DNA of 64,000 nucleotides. It comes from Podarcis tiliguerta (taxonomy: Eukaryota). How positions within the stretch are numbered: the stretch's first letter is position 1; every line of letters starts with the position of its first letter. Shown one piece after another: positions 50,201 through 64,000 of this stretch. The translations under genes and the position numbers were made by a program. The stretch lies in NCBI GenBank assembly GCA_965153285.1, contig OZ229118.1; one strand, given 5' to 3'. Below the pieces are notes generated by a model that saw only the letters and a list, made by a program, of their open reading frames with translations, made no database searches and was not told the DNA's origin.

Positions 50201-51435
50201 AAAGGGTACCATGCTGCTATCTCTGGTTTAAAGAGATGATATGGAACCTGTGGCTCTCCAGCTGTCATTGAACACCATCATCTTGACTATTGGCTGATGA
50301 GGGCTGATGAGAGTTAGAGACCAACAATAGCTGGAGTGCCATAGGTTCCCTATCCCTGGTTCAAGGGAAGAGTTAGGGTGCTCACAAATTCACTCAACAA
50401 CTTAAACTTTAATTTCATGTGTGTAGCTTTGTGGATCAGCGTGTAAGCATCTTAAGGGGTTTTTGGGCCTAGAATAAGCTGTTAGAATGCAAATGATGTT
50501 TGAGGCTCCTTCTGCTGATGTGGAGAAACTACAGCTATTGAGTTCTTGTAAATAAGATTCAGTAACACGTTGCTGAGATGAAATTGTTCTTCAGAAGTTC
50601 AGAGGGCTGGGATTGAGTAGTTCAGCTGATAAGGCCCTGGCTCTTCACTTATAGGACAAACAGTTCAAGCCTCTTCCAATTTCATAAGTTAATTTAGTTA
50701 TGCCAGCTATGCTTACAATGATAATACAATAGACATGCCACACATAGCTGTCCTTGTATGGCTACACCGAACTATAATAATAAAAAAGAACTGAGTGCCT
50801 TGACTTGGCTTTATGATGGCATGTGTGAACCTAGGGTAAATGATGCAAACAACATGGTAAAAATGAGCAACAATTTCAGCCCAAACCTTAGCTGTCATTT
50901 GTCTGCATCAGAGAGATGTTACAAATACCTCTTGAGTCCAGTGCTGCAGTAATGGTGTGCCTATTCCAACATGTTCTTCACCTTTCAGTGTTGTTTTGAA
51001 GTGCCTCCAATCACGATAACAGAAAAAGACACTGATCCTTGCAGAGAAAAATACACACATAAAAGTGTGTATGTGTGTGTGAATGTAATAAAATGTTGTA
51101 ACATTGCAGAAACACTTTACTACAGGGTGTTGCAAGCAATGGTGTCACTTCAGTAGTACAGCACTGAAGTGCCAGTATGTGAATACTAGAAACCCGGATG
51201 CACATCCCTCCTTAATCACTCTCTAGCATATAGACAGCAGGTTCCTTTTAAAATGCTTGCAGATACACAGGGGCAGCCATCATTTTACCAGTGAATTCCC
51301 CAGGAAGTGACAGTACGTTACGATGTACAATCACTTCCTGGAAGCATTTTTTAAAAAAGTATGCTGTCATGAACCTGCTTAAGAAGTTAAAGGAAGAAAG
51401 AGGCACACCTTGAAACACCTCATAAGTACAGTATG

Positions 51436-51583
51436 CAGTGCTTTTTTTTCCTTTAAAAATGTTTAGGGGTACTCTCATTTTCCTACTCCTATTGAAATAC
51501 TCCCTCTCAATGAGGCCAAACTTAGATTCACAATATGTTTAGGGGTATGCGTACCCCTGCGTCCCCCCAGAAAAAAAGCACTG
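51436..51583. mobile_element. 148-bp hAT-type MITE with 8-bp TSD ACAGTATG
   Basis: TIRs cagtgcttttttt / aaaaaaagcactg. Internal repeat atgtttaggggta. TSD at 51428-51435 and 51584-51591. Confidence 0.9.
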
Positions 51584-54500
51584 ACAGTATGAACTCATAA
51601 GCACTTCAGTCTGTTCATTATGTGGTTTAATCTGCAAATCAACATTCCGATCCAACTATGAGTCTGAGGGGGACAAAATGAGAAATGTGGAGTGAACTGG
51701 AATCCTCCCCAACTCTGTTCTTGACCCTTGTGTATCCTGGCTAGTTTGTGCAAACTGTGGAGGGTTAACTGGATGGATCCAGGGTGCAAAGAACACTTTG
51801 TTGCTTGTTGGTGTGGTCCTGTCACTACTGGGAATAAAACCCCACCCTGGACAGGGTTTTATGCCAACTACTGCCCAGTCATCAATATACATTTTTGGAG
51901 CAGGGTAATTGAGGAGCAGGTGCTGGTTCAGATGCAATTTCTCATGGATGAAAGTGATTCTCTTGATTCATCCAAGTATCAGTTGAAGACCTAAAGAGAA
52001 TCAGTCTTGGTCACCCTGGTGGATTACGTTTTTCAGGAGATGGACAGGGGGACATGATCTAGGTTATTTTCTTCGCTCTCTCAGTGGCTTTGTATATTGG
52101 TGAATACAGTATCCTCTGGCAGTGGCATAACATGGGAGGGCAGGGTATCCGTGGCCCCAGGCACATTTTGTGAGGGGGTGCGACCAGGCATCCCACACTC
52201 CCTCATTAGAGCTTGGCTACAAAAAACTCCCTGCTTCTGACTGTCACTTTCCATAAGTTGGAAGGTGATGAAAACAGCAATGCAGGGTGGGGATAGAAAT
52301 CCTTGCTGACCCCCTCTCATGTACTGATGTTTCTCTTACTGTAATGCTGGAAGAGGACCTAAAATATAAGCAAACAAATTGGCCTAGACAGCTGAATCAC
52401 TTACTCCTGTGTAGTCTTACTGACTTTGGTTTGGGTCTGGCATAAATGCTTTGAAGATATGATCTGTGTGCTGTGAATGGGAGACTGCCAATGAAATCTT
52501 CCTTTGCTGTGGGGAAAATATAATACATCAAATGACCTTCTTGTGTAATCTAGGTTTGTATCTTGCTGAAATGATTCATATTTTTGGGTAATAATCCTTC
52601 TTTGTTTGCATCACTCTTGTGATGATCAAACTTCCCAGGAATGAAGAACCATGACACTTAAGAGTTTATTAAGTTTTCACATTTGTCATGGAGCAAATAT
52701 TCTGGTGTGAAGCCAAGTCTGCAATTTCCATGGAAGCATATTAAGAAGAGTTCAAATCCCTGGTGTAAACACACTTTGTATGAACTGCTTTGGATGTCTT
52801 CAAGGAATATATCAGAGAGTGGATGCTGGTACTGTGTGTGTGTGTGTATGTGTGTGTGTGTGTTTATTACTATTATCCATAGCTTAATAGAACTAATGCC
52901 ACTTCTGGGCATAAGAATCTGGGTACATCATACATTAGAGACTTTCTCCTTTCCCACTTATGGTGCTACCATCTAGGTAGCAAGTTTGGGCTGCCATCAT
53001 GTACACAGCACCAGCCTAGATGCAACACTAAATAAATATATGATTTACAATGTCATCTGCTTTTCTTTTTATCTTAAAAAATTAATAGCAGGCATATAGT
53101 GTGGATTTTCATCAAGACTGCAGCATGTAGGCATGGGATGTTTTAACCCATTCCTAAAATCCCCCTCCCTAATGCTTGCAACCAGCAGAAAGCCTCTGAT
53201 GGTACTGGAATCACTGTTCTTTCCATTCACATGTACTCTTAGGCTTCATTGCTGCCTCCTTCATTTTTGCCTGCACCAGTCCAGGCTCATTTAAAATGCC
53301 TGCTCATGTAGTTCAATGTCACCAGCGTAGAAGCAACCATAGAGGTTGTAGCAGCCATTCATTTATTAAGAACACTTATATGCTGCTCTTAATCTGAATA
53401 CGTCAGAACAGGAAACAAAACCTCCAATAAAATAACCATGTCAGACCAATACAATCACAGAAAGGCATTAAAAATATACAGAAACACAGCATATCAGATA
53501 TATCTTAGCTAAGCATCAACAACAATTTCCAAAAGCTTGAGGTGTCTAAATGCCAGTTGTAAAAAGGTACCATGCTGCCAAAGAAATAAGATACTTTTAT
53601 ATTAGATGGCTCTTGAAGCAAAGCTGTCAACCTAATTGTATATCAGTGCCTACAATGGTGTTCAACTGGTGTTCAGGATTGTTGTGTTATGTAAATTGCT
53701 GGTTAGATACTCTACAATGGTTGGCTAATGTTTCCTCAATGGGAGCTAATTGTCAGGTGTTAATCATACGAAGGGGTCTCCAGGTGAACACATGGGGCCA
53801 TGCTGTTGGCCTTGCCCCTGAGGTCATGCATCTCCCTGGCTCCACCTCACAGAGCAGAGACATCTGCAAGAGGGAAGCATGGAGAAGCTTCCAAAGGATT
53901 ATAGGACTTCAGATTCATAAAGGTCTATACGTATAGGCTTCCCTCTTACAACATGTTGACTTTGAAGGGTAGGTGGGATCAAAATACATGAAATTGCATG
54001 AAGGGGCCTTCAGTGATGCACTTAGAGGTAGTGAGAGGTCTGAAGCACTAAAGGGGATGCAGAACATCTTTGAGTATCTGAGGTGGGATGGCTGGTCTGC
54101 TGCCTGGTAGAGGAACACATTATTTGCCAACATTTATGTTGTATATGGAAATAAAGCAGCGATTAAAACAAGGGACAGTGTTGAAGGGGAGGGAGTATGT
54201 TTTGATTTTCTTAAGACTCAGTTGTTAAATTGGGCTACACTCTTCAGCTTCCATTTCTTTGGCCACATCCATGCAATATATTTAAAGCACTATTATACCA
54301 CTTTAAACCGTCCTAGCATCCCTCAAGGAATCCTAGAAAATATGGCTGATTAAGGGAGCTGAGAGTTCTTAGGAAACCCCTATTCCACTCACAGAACTGT
54401 TTACCCCATCAGGAAATGCCAATAAAAGATAGTGGGAAGGGCCTGCCAAAACGTGCCCCCACTTGACCAAAAGTTCATTGCTTTTTCCACTTATTTCAAT

Positions 54501-55536
54501 ACAAGGTCACATAGTCTTGAGTTAATGAAAATAAATGTTAATGAAAATAGCATTCTACAGAAAACTCCTGCTATCTTCTTTGGAGGCTGTAGATAACCAA
54601 CATAACATAATGCTAGATTGCTAGTTGGCAAGGTTTTTCTGTTTTTTTCCTTTTTTCCTTTTTGTTTTTAAAAGGCTCTTTCTTTGTATATTTGTGCCGA
54701 AACTGCAAATCCCTGGCAGGAGTAAAAAGGCAACTGGTATTTTAACAAAGTTTATTTGAGCTGAATCTTTAATGGGTGCTGTCAATGCCAAGAGTCTGTC
54801 ATAGGAGGAAGACTTGAATCATCTTGGTCTAAACACTAGCATATCAAACACATTTTATCACTGTTTGACAAAGACTAACCTCCATGTCTGGTGAAAAGGA
54901 AGATGAAACTCATCTGTCTGCTCTTCCTGGCCCCAAATTTGCTTTTATTCAACCTTATTAAACTTCTATCTTACTTTGTCTTCTTGAAGGCATTTTGGCT
55001 GCCTTTGACAATTTGATATATTCCCCCCCAATATTGCATTTCTTCAGGAAATTCATATTAACATTCATGATGCTGAAGATTCTAATAATTCCCATAAATC
55101 ATTTTTAATTGCCATCAGGATTAACCAGGAAATTTGTGTACTGAGCCTGTGTAACAGTGTACTTCCTCTTAATCCCTGCATTTATTTTCTTAAAAGTAAT
55201 CCCTAGCTTTCCTACCACACAGATACATTGTCAAATACATCGTTGTAACTTTCTTGTTGTTATTAGAGAACCTGGAAGGCAGTTCACACAATGTATGCTT
55301 TCATTACAGAAGCAGCCCTGGCTTTCCTCAAGCATGTGTTTGCATTGAATAAACATAATGTGTGAACCAAGCAATTTTGGATATGAGTGTAGCAACAGCT
55401 TTTAATTTCCAGCTACAGCAGCTTGCAGTAGCTACAACTTGTATAGGGATGGTTCCAGGTTTTGGGGTGTCTTCAGCAAGGTGCTCTCAGTGGTCCTGTT
55501 CTCTGTGAAACCTCCTCTTCTGCAAGGCATTGCTGC

Positions 55537-56006
55537 TAGGGATGGGGAAGACATGTGATTCGGTTGACATTTAAAGGCAAACCTGCCTAATTTGCACTTT
55601 CCAAAACAATATGGGAAACAAAACATACCCACCCTTTGAAATTCACAAATTTCGGAAAGCACTTATGCAGCCAAGTAATGTGTACATAAATGCATAAACT
55701 GGAGTAAAGTGTGCATAAAAATGCATCTGTTAATGAAAGTAACATACAAAAATTCATTTTTAGGGGAAATTTCAAATATACACATATTTTGCAATATTTG
55801 TATATTAGAAAAATCACATTCAGAACTGTATAATGGTGCATTTTCGACATTTGTGTAAACTAGGAGGAATAATCACTAAGATTCTGATGGATTTTACTAA
55901 AATCTTTAAAAAATGCAAACTGATATGGAAATGTGCCAAACTGATGTTAAGATCTAAAGAAATGAGAAACTGAGAGAGACTGAAATCTACAGATTGGTCC
56001 ACTCCT
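55537..56006. mobile_element. ~470-bp non-autonomous DNA-element repeat (hAT-like TAGG ends)
   Basis: tagggatgg... / ...ccactccta termini; paralogs at 21085-22010 (inverted) and 44690-44905. Confidence 0.6.
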
Positions 56007-56238
56007 AATCACGACACACTCAATTTCCTTTTCACTCTGAGCCCATTCCATACAACAAGCCAGGAGACTGATGCTGCCATAGGACAGAACGGACATATGA
56101 ATAAACACAGGTGAAATGGATAAATGTGCTTACTGTGATGGGGAGTGGGGAAGCAGAAGGGAAGTTAGCATGGTGCAGGCACATTGGTGGGGACACCAGC
56201 TTGGCTCTTCCAGTGCACCCATATCATGCCATCCTTCC

Positions 56239-56612
56239 TTTAGCCTGGAGAAGAGGAGGTTAAGGGGTGGTATGATAGCCATGTTCAAATATTTAAAAGG
56301 ATGTCACATAGAGGAGGGAGAAAGGTTGTTTTCTGCTGCTCCAGAGAAGCGGACACGGAGCAATGGATCCAAACTACAAGAAAGAAGATTCCACCTAAAC
56401 ATTAGGAAGAACTTCCTGACAGTAAGAGCTGTTCGACAGTGGAATTTGCTGCCAAGGAGTGTGGTGGAGTCTCCTTCTTTGGAGGTCTTTAAGCAGAGGC
56501 TTGACAACCATATGTCAGGAGTGCTCTGATGGTGTTTCCTGCTTGGCAGGGGGTTGGACTCGATGGCCCTTGTGGTCTCTTCCAACTCTATGATTCTATG
56601 ATTCTATGATTC
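56239..56612 (+). mobile_element. 5'-truncated CR1 LINE 3' end, young
   Basis: FSLEKRRLRGGMIAMFKYLKG...RTRSNG.KL...RF.LNIRKNFLTVRAV.QWN.LP.SVVESPSLEVFKQRLD, followed by the 3' UTR and the (ATTCTATG)n octamer tail. Confidence 0.95.
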
Positions 56613-59600
56613 CTGCCAGCTCACCTCCCAGCCCCTAGAAAGTGGCAGTGACCCTACTTCCAGGAAACATGCAATATGGTTCTGTCCCACTGAGTGAGTC
56701 ACTTCTACCGTAAGGATATCTTTTCTAACCCCTCCTGGAACTGGAGCCAAAACCTGGATCAGGTCAATATCCTGTATTGGTAAGAAGATCCAGAGTCATG
56801 TGTTCCCAGTCCCTGTGCAAATGCAGCACAGATGGGCCTTGTGTGTCCCAGCTTGGTTCTTAGGTTACCTGGTAGAGTGGAAATCACTGCAGCTCTGGTC
56901 CTTCCTGCAAGACCAGATAATGTGAGAACCCCCAGAATATGCAGGAGTAGCCAAGAGCATGGATTATCTCAGGGTGATTTCTCTGGAGAATGGCTACCTT
57001 TGCTGTGAGGAAAAGCTGTAGTGTGGAGTCCACCTCCACAGCCAAGACCTCACATGTTGCTGGAGGAGTAATGTTGAAGCAGTTCAGTTGCTGTAACTGT
57101 CAGTGAAATGCGGATGTGAGGCTCTGTAGAAGTATTTGCTTTGAGGCAGCTCAGTTGCTTCATTGCTAAGATTCAGAAAGGATTTTGAATGATGGTCCTT
57201 CTCAGAACACGAAACTGATAAGAGCGTCTTGGGAAAATTTTCTGGGATTGCATGTGACTCATAAATGATTGCAAAACATTTTGCTGCTGCAATGCATGAA
57301 CATTTTTTTGTGTCCCGTGTGAGTTACTGCTGCAATGGTAGTGGATTTAATTTCTTCTTGAGGTTCTATAATGGAACATCTACATTTCTGTTTAGAGACA
57401 GTAGTCATTGTGCAAGGAAAGAGAAGAACATGGAAGGTGGGGTGTATGTGCAGAGAAGGACCAGTATGGGACATGGCCTGGGAAGGGAGAATGGCCTAGC
57501 GGCTGGAAAAAGAGGAAAGAGAGATCACATTCAACCCTGGCTTGAAACTCCCCACCCCTGATCTAAAGAAAGTTACTGTCTCAAAATGTGTGCACACCAA
57601 TGAATCCTGGTGGTGTAGTTTATCCATCATGGAGCTAGAATTCCCAGCACCGTGAACAAACTGCAGTTCCTAGGAAGTGTATGTTCCCTCAGCTTTAACA
57701 TATCACATAATTATTATTGTTTACCTACTCTTTATCTTACAAGAATTACAACAATTAAAACACTTTAAATCAGCATGCCATCACAGAAATAAGATGGGTT
57801 CTAAAAATACATATCTCAAGAGTAAAGAGGTGCACAGGCTGTTATGTGAGGATAAATAAGATAGTAGCGAAAACAACTTTGTGCACAGAAGTTTTGTCAC
57901 TCTATTTTAAAATGTTAAACCTATGGTTCTGTTTGCAGTTGTCATCTTTAGCTACTGGAAAATTTATCCTGTTCCCAGATAATTGGGAGGAGCTGCCCTT
58001 TAAATCATTTTAAATAGCCCTGTGACTAAGGAACATGAAGAAGAACAGAAGCTCTTGAGAGTGACAGGAAAGACTGCTTTTGCAGTGGGCATGTGTGTTC
58101 ATGGTTTCAAGGTAATCTTTCTCATCTTTGCTTATTTTGCCTTCCAGTAAATTCTTCATAGCAAATACCTGCATTTTGCCAAGGGTTTCGTGCTCAGGGT
58201 GACTGAACTTGGCACTGAAAAGGCACCAAAATAATTTCAATTCTGTGCCAAGAAAAGCCAGTTTCTCTGTCCTGAAATGTGGCTGGATCACCAGTTACAA
58301 GGACAGTTTCCTGACATCACTGATCTTCAGCATGACATCATGGTCCTTAAAAGCTCCTCAGGAAATCGAGAAGGCCCTTCAGAACAATGGAGGATGCCAT
58401 TGGCTGGTGGGGTAATCACTAAAAAAATGGGCTTAAAATAACGTCATGGAAAGAAAGTTTCTCATCCCTTATGTCACCCAGCAGGATCCCAAACCAATCC
58501 ACATTGTTCAAGGGCATCGCCTCACCAACCCTCTGGAGATGCTTCAGGGAATAGCAAACTTTTCTTCTGTGAAAGAACTTATCTTAGGAGCCAAGCTGCT
58601 GTAGACAAAGGAAGCTCATGTTTATATAGTTATTGAATCACCATCATTTAATCTGCTTCTGGTCATCATGGAATCACACAAGAAGACTTTGCACAAGAAG
58701 GTAGCAAGGTCACTGCCTCCAAATGTAGGGTGGTCAATGAAAGACTTGTCAGCCCAAATCCAGAAGTATTTGCAACATTTTGAAGTGCCTTTATATTTAC
58801 TAAGTACTTTTGCATGTTCTTTTTTAAAAAAATTTAAAATCTGCAAGTTTTTTAAAAAGTGCTTTCTTCCAAGCTATACAAGTTAACATCAAGTTCTGTT
58901 TATATCATGCATAAAATCCATCTATTTATCTCCAGCAAAATGTAGCTGATTTATGAGATACAGCAAATGACGTCTTCTGAATTTCTAAGTTTGCATCATT
59001 TGACCCTGAAATTGTAAGCATTTTGTGGGTTTAGATGGGACAGGATTATTTCATGTGAAATCATTATCTGGCTCAGCCGCATGTCAGATGGTGAATAAAT
59101 GCATATTTTGGGTGGGATGGGGAGAGAGAGACTCTTCTAGACAGGAAGCTCTTAGTATATCTTTTGTTCCAGATAAGAGTTTCAACTATTTCTCAACATT
59201 GAAAATAACACTTGGCTGTGACCTAATCCACTATACATACTCACAGCAGCCAAGACTGTGTATTGGGGCATCTATGTATTTTAGATGATGTGAGTGGATG
59301 TCTTTTGCCCATTAAAAATCAAAAACCATTTTAGTGTTTATATGTAATATGATGAGGGCTCCATGGCTGCAAGAGATCTGTGACCAGATCTCCCATGAGC
59401 TAAAAGTTTGATAACAATATTATCTGTTTAATAGCAGATCAGATTGGGGCAATGACGCTGAAGGAAAGGGATTTCACCCTATCTCCATGCTGGTTTTCCA
59501 ATGAAAATTTCACCACAACATAACAGAGTGCTGCTTAAACAGCCACCATAGTCCCAACAATTTCTGTGTTCAAAGGTTATTTCCATCACTTCTAGTTTGG

Positions 59601-61978
59601 CACAAGACTGACCACTCCAATCAATGACAAAATGCTGTCTGAAAAACCCCTAATAGCAACCTCCATTAAGGGGCAACTGCCTGTGATTCTAGTTAACAAA
59701 TGCATCTTCCTCTGCCCATACAAACTCTACATGTAGTCTGTACAGCTGCATTGGTCCCTGCTAGCCACAGTGAGGAACTAGCATGCAGAAAAGTCACATC
59801 CTGTGTGTCCTTCACTTGCACAATTTCGACATTACATGGTTGAAAGCTGGCCAGTTGAAATCCCACAAATTAATTACATGCAAGATGGGGAGCTTAAAAG
59901 TTTTTTTTGCCCTAGGTTTTTCCAGCACAGAAATTGCTTTTAAGCTGCCAGACTTGCATCCTGGGCTCTGGGATGCCCTTCCACAGGCTCTGGGATGCTC
60001 TCACAGGAACTTGGACAGCCCAGTGAGATCTCACAAGAGCATCCCAGAGCCTGGTAAGCAAGCCTGAGAGCTCAAGTGCTCTTTCTGTATTTGCATTTTC
60101 GTATATTTGTGCCATCCCCAGGATGTAACTCCTGTGCAAGACATGATCGTACTGTGCATATCTTGATTTCTTGGGGTTGGAAGTGTTACATGAGAAGAGC
60201 ATCCATAGTTTCCAAAATGAGGGCCACTTAGATATACCCAGATATATGTAACTGACATTTTAACAAAATGAATGTTTCCAGTTAGTTGGACTCACACACA
60301 AAACACACTGCACAATTCAAAAATATTCCATGTGACAGATGTGAAGTATTTAGGAATCAGATATACCCCTGTGCATTTTAAGTTGTCCACATAACTGCTT
60401 GGTTTTGGTATATGAGGCCCACTAAATGGGTGAAAGAAATACCTCTAAGATTTCCATCTGCTTGTATTTGAGAACTGACTGGAGAAGAGGAAGAGAGCAG
60501 GTAACTACTTTTCCCCCAATATAGCATAGCTAAGATACAAGCATCTGGCTTTAACAAGAATCTGCTCATTTACAAAATGTCCCAGATGGCTACACTGAAG
60601 CATAGCATGGTGAAATTTGGATTTTCTCAGAGCAACCAAGCTAATAATTGGCTCAGCTGAAAAGTTTCTTGGTTACTTTCAGGGTTGCAAAAACTGATGA
60701 TTTTATCAGTTTCGTTCATGAAACCTTTCTCATAATTAATTTATTCCCCTGCCCCTGAAACATAAAAATAAAAACCATGAACAGCTTGCTCCCCATGCAA
60801 ACCTTGTATAAGTTTACATTCAGAGGCAGACTTTGGTCCAGCACAGATCATCCAGAAGGGAACACGGCCTGAGTTGAGTTACAACTAAAGATTGGCCCAA
60901 GAATTAATTGCATGGCCAAAATCCTGCTTTGTATGGAGCTAATGTATGTGGGTGGGATAATATGTTCCACACAAAAGCCTTCACACGTCTTAGAGCTCTC
61001 TGCACCTCTACACTCCCCCTCTCAGTAAGCAGCAGTGACCCATAGTAAACTGGGGAGCAACAGAGCCTTACATAGGCCACCTCGTGAATTGCTACTGCAT
61101 CGTGAAAGGAGAGGGTGGGTTTGGTGAGCTGGAATGGATGGTGGCTATTGGGCAAGCTATAAGGGACAAGAGAGATGTGGTGAGCTGTAAAAGGTGGGTT
61201 GGCAGCTTTGGTGAGCAATGCCAGCAGGCGCACATCTCCTAGTTAATAAGAATATTGTACCATTGAAGTAAGTCTGAACTGTGTTCAGTAGAACTTCCAG
61301 ATACGCTACAGGTTATTCCTAATTGTGCATAGGATTGCAGCCATATTAAGTTAGATATTTCTTTTGAAAAAGCCAATACACACACACTGTGTGTGTGTGC
61401 GCGTGCGCATACATACATACATACATGCTTTGTTTTAGGAAATAGAAGTGGAACTTCATTATAAGAATTACTCCTGATTCATGAGTTTATTGAAATAACT
61501 GCAGTGGTTGCAACATCTCAAGTTCCACTGAGACTAAAATATTGTCAAAAGGCCTAGTCAAACAAATAAAACCCACACACACACAGACACCAGTTGTACA
61601 ATTTCAAACCATTTTAAGGCAACACACAGAGTTGAAGGAACACATGAGCTTAAGCAATCCCTTTCTCAAGTGTTCTGGCATAATTACCTTTAAGAGGAGA
61701 TAATTTCAGTTCATAGGGTTTGCTGTTTTAAGCCTTTCAGGGAAATGTGAATTTTCCATTGACAGCAGTTTGAATGTGTGACACTGGAGCCAGGGTGAAT
61801 TAGATGGAAGAACTACACAGTCTAAACAAACAGAGGCTCCCATTATCAGAACAGAAGCCTGACTACCAAATAGCACAAACCATGGTTGCAGATCTACACA
61901 ATGCAAGAACCAGATTTTAAAAAAGAATGTTTTGTCTCACAAGATTAAACACATGAGGCACATTCTACCTTGCTATAA

Positions 61979-61981
<3 letters not shown>

Positions 61982-62015
<34 letters not shown>
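61982..62015. repeat. (TA)n microsatellite
   Basis: Perfect run. Confidence 0.95.
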
Positions 62016-62018
<3 letters not shown>

Positions 62019-62061
62019 TTGGATATAATTCCAGAATTCCAAGAATCTTTCATAGCAGATA

Positions 62062-62106
<45 letters not shown>
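62062..62106. repeat. (TAT)n microsatellite
   Basis: About 15 units. Confidence 0.95.
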
Positions 62107-63902
62107 GAGACAGACCCCCTACTTGGTTAATATAGCCTACTTGGGTTTGTGCCATAGCTGGATTAAATTACACCTACTTTTACTCACAGCACTGGGAAAT
62201 GGTTCTGTACCTTTCTCTTGCTTGCCATTTATTTATATCTAGAGTACTCATCAATGATATTTTGAACCCACTACAACCTGGACTTAGTCAAGTTAACTCT
62301 TATTCATAGCTAGCAGCAGTCTTTAGCTTACTCAACACTGAAATTTTCATCTCAGACAGAAGAGATTGGCCAAGAATGTGAGTATTCCTTTCTCAATGAT
62401 TTATTTGACTTATTTATTATCTTACATACAGTATATACCCCACCCTTCTTCTGCCATGGAACCCAGTGTGGTGCAGAAGTAGTTTCAATGCATTGAGTAA
62501 ACTCAGAACTGCTTAGCCTCACCAGGGTGGTGGCCTCATGTTCCTTCACACCATATATATCCCTGCAGATGTCATGGTCACCTTTTTCCTTACCATTTTG
62601 GTCTGATTCAGGAATGACTTAATGTCATTTGAATGTACCTCAAGATAAGGAGTATACTTCTAATGTTACATATATTATCAAGATAACGGGAGATAGCTTA
62701 TTAACCATACACTTAACATTCATACTCTGACATTCCCCTCCACCCCCGCCATTGCTTCAGTAAACCCTTAGCATACACTTTTAGAAACCGGGATTCATTA
62801 AACACTTTGGAGGGACATTTCCATGTTGCTATCTCACTAAGAGGAACAGCTGGTGTTGCCAGGTTGATATCATGAGTGTAGAGTTAGCATCTTTTCCATA
62901 ATGTTGTCAAATCTATTGAAGCCAAAATAATAGTCATTTTTAACACAGTTGCACAGAAGACCAAATAGTCTTTGTTCTAAAACCCAAGCACAACCCTTCC
63001 TAAGGAGATGAATGATTCTCAGGTATGCTGTCACATTAAAATATTAAAATAAAGTCATATTAAATGTCATATTAAAATAAAGTCATATTAAAATGTATGG
63101 AACTACACCAGTGTAATAGCTAGGCTCAATGTACTGATCATTACAATAATTTCAGGATATAAAAGTACAAACTATTCAGTTATCCATCCTAGGAAGCATT
63201 AATATTATTTTGTGATACAAGAAGGACTTAAAATCCATTTTCTGCTCTGATGGCCATATTTTACTTTCTATGTCTGAGGCATAATAACAATCCCTCTTTC
63301 ATCTTCATGGAATTATACAAGAAGTACTGGAGAAGCAAATGTTAGGTTTGGAATATTTAAAACAAATGTGGACAAATGACTTCAAAAGTCACCTTCTCCT
63401 TCTCATGTGGTTTTGCTTTCGGTCTGTTTCACATGAAAATTAGTAGGCGTATACAGCAAATTTCTGTCTTTCTTTTTAACAAGTTTCCTTCCTTCTAGTG
63501 TGCCTTTATGGTAATGTATGTTGTATTTAAATTGCCCTACACAGAAGACTCCAGTTAAATGTATGTCAGGTCTAGTTTATTATTTCATTGTATCACATGC
63601 TTTTTTTGTTTTTTGTTTTACTCATTGGTGGATTCTGTTAATGAAAGGTTTGGTACATTAGATAGTGATTACAGTGCAGCAGTTTCCGTATGTAAATATG
63701 GAACAGGATGACTATGTTGATGGGGCCTCTTTATGCTGGACTCTAAGTGCATAGATCCCACTGAAATATAAAGTCCACTGGCTGAAATAAAGTGGGCTCA
63801 GGATCAGGCTGGAAGTCGTAAATCCTGAATAATAAAGATGCTAGCAATTGGCACCAACACAAATAATGTATCCCCCTGAATCAAAAGACAGGCAGTGAAT
63901 TC

Positions 63903-64000
63903 CTAGAATCAGAATCATTGAGTTGTAAGGGATACTGACGATACTCTAGTCCACCCCCTGCAATGCAGGAATATGCAGCTGTTTCATATGGGGATCAAAC
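63903..64000 (-). mobile_element. CR1-tailed SINE or CR1 3' end, truncated by the window edge
   Basis: agaatcagaatcattgagttg.aaggg...tctagtcca.cccctgc is the reverse complement of a CR1-type 3' tail. It is followed by ggggatcaaac, which resembles an inverted tRNA B-box. Confidence 0.6.

Noticed and set aside
53550-54133. Overlapping 128-aa and 72-aa ORFs, considered as a viral or retro-copy insert
   Set aside because: No viral or host protein motifs recognised.
62848-62860. agctggtgttg, matching the 5' end of miR-138; also tactgcatcag (miR-217-like) at ~10013
   Set aside because: The matches stop after ~11 nt and there is no flanking hairpin.
63029-63095. Repeated gtcatattaaaat units (also 27065-27110 and 46728-46770)
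   Set aside because: Ordinary slippage duplications or TE subterminal repeats, with no repeat-spacer (CRISPR-like) organisation.

Overview
AT-rich, repeat-dense vertebrate DNA. The repeat repertoire (Sauria SINEs, BovB, L2, CR1 with ATTCTATG tail, RTE, RTE-X, Tc1/mariner and hAT MITEs) points to a squamate reptile, plausibly a lacertid lizard (inference). I cannot recognise any host protein-coding gene, so the window looks intergenic or deep-intronic. All ORFs with recognisable homology are transposon fragments. The best-supported notable items are four. (1) A 1.5-kb internally deleted Chapaev3-type DNA transposon (16452-17969, CAC...GTG ends, TTA duplication) inserted into an older repeat whose apparent empty-site paralog lies at about 3890-4195. 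(2) A DD34E Tc1 element (27960-28905) in which the segment coding the first catalytic Asp is inverted. (3) Several tiny hAT MITEs with perfect 8-bp TSDs. (4) Multi-layer nested insertions. More speculative items are chains of splice-signal-bounded candidate exons on both strands (possible unannotated lncRNA or small gene) and several TE-free, enhancer-like blocks. All family assignments come from motif recognition by eye; no searches were run.
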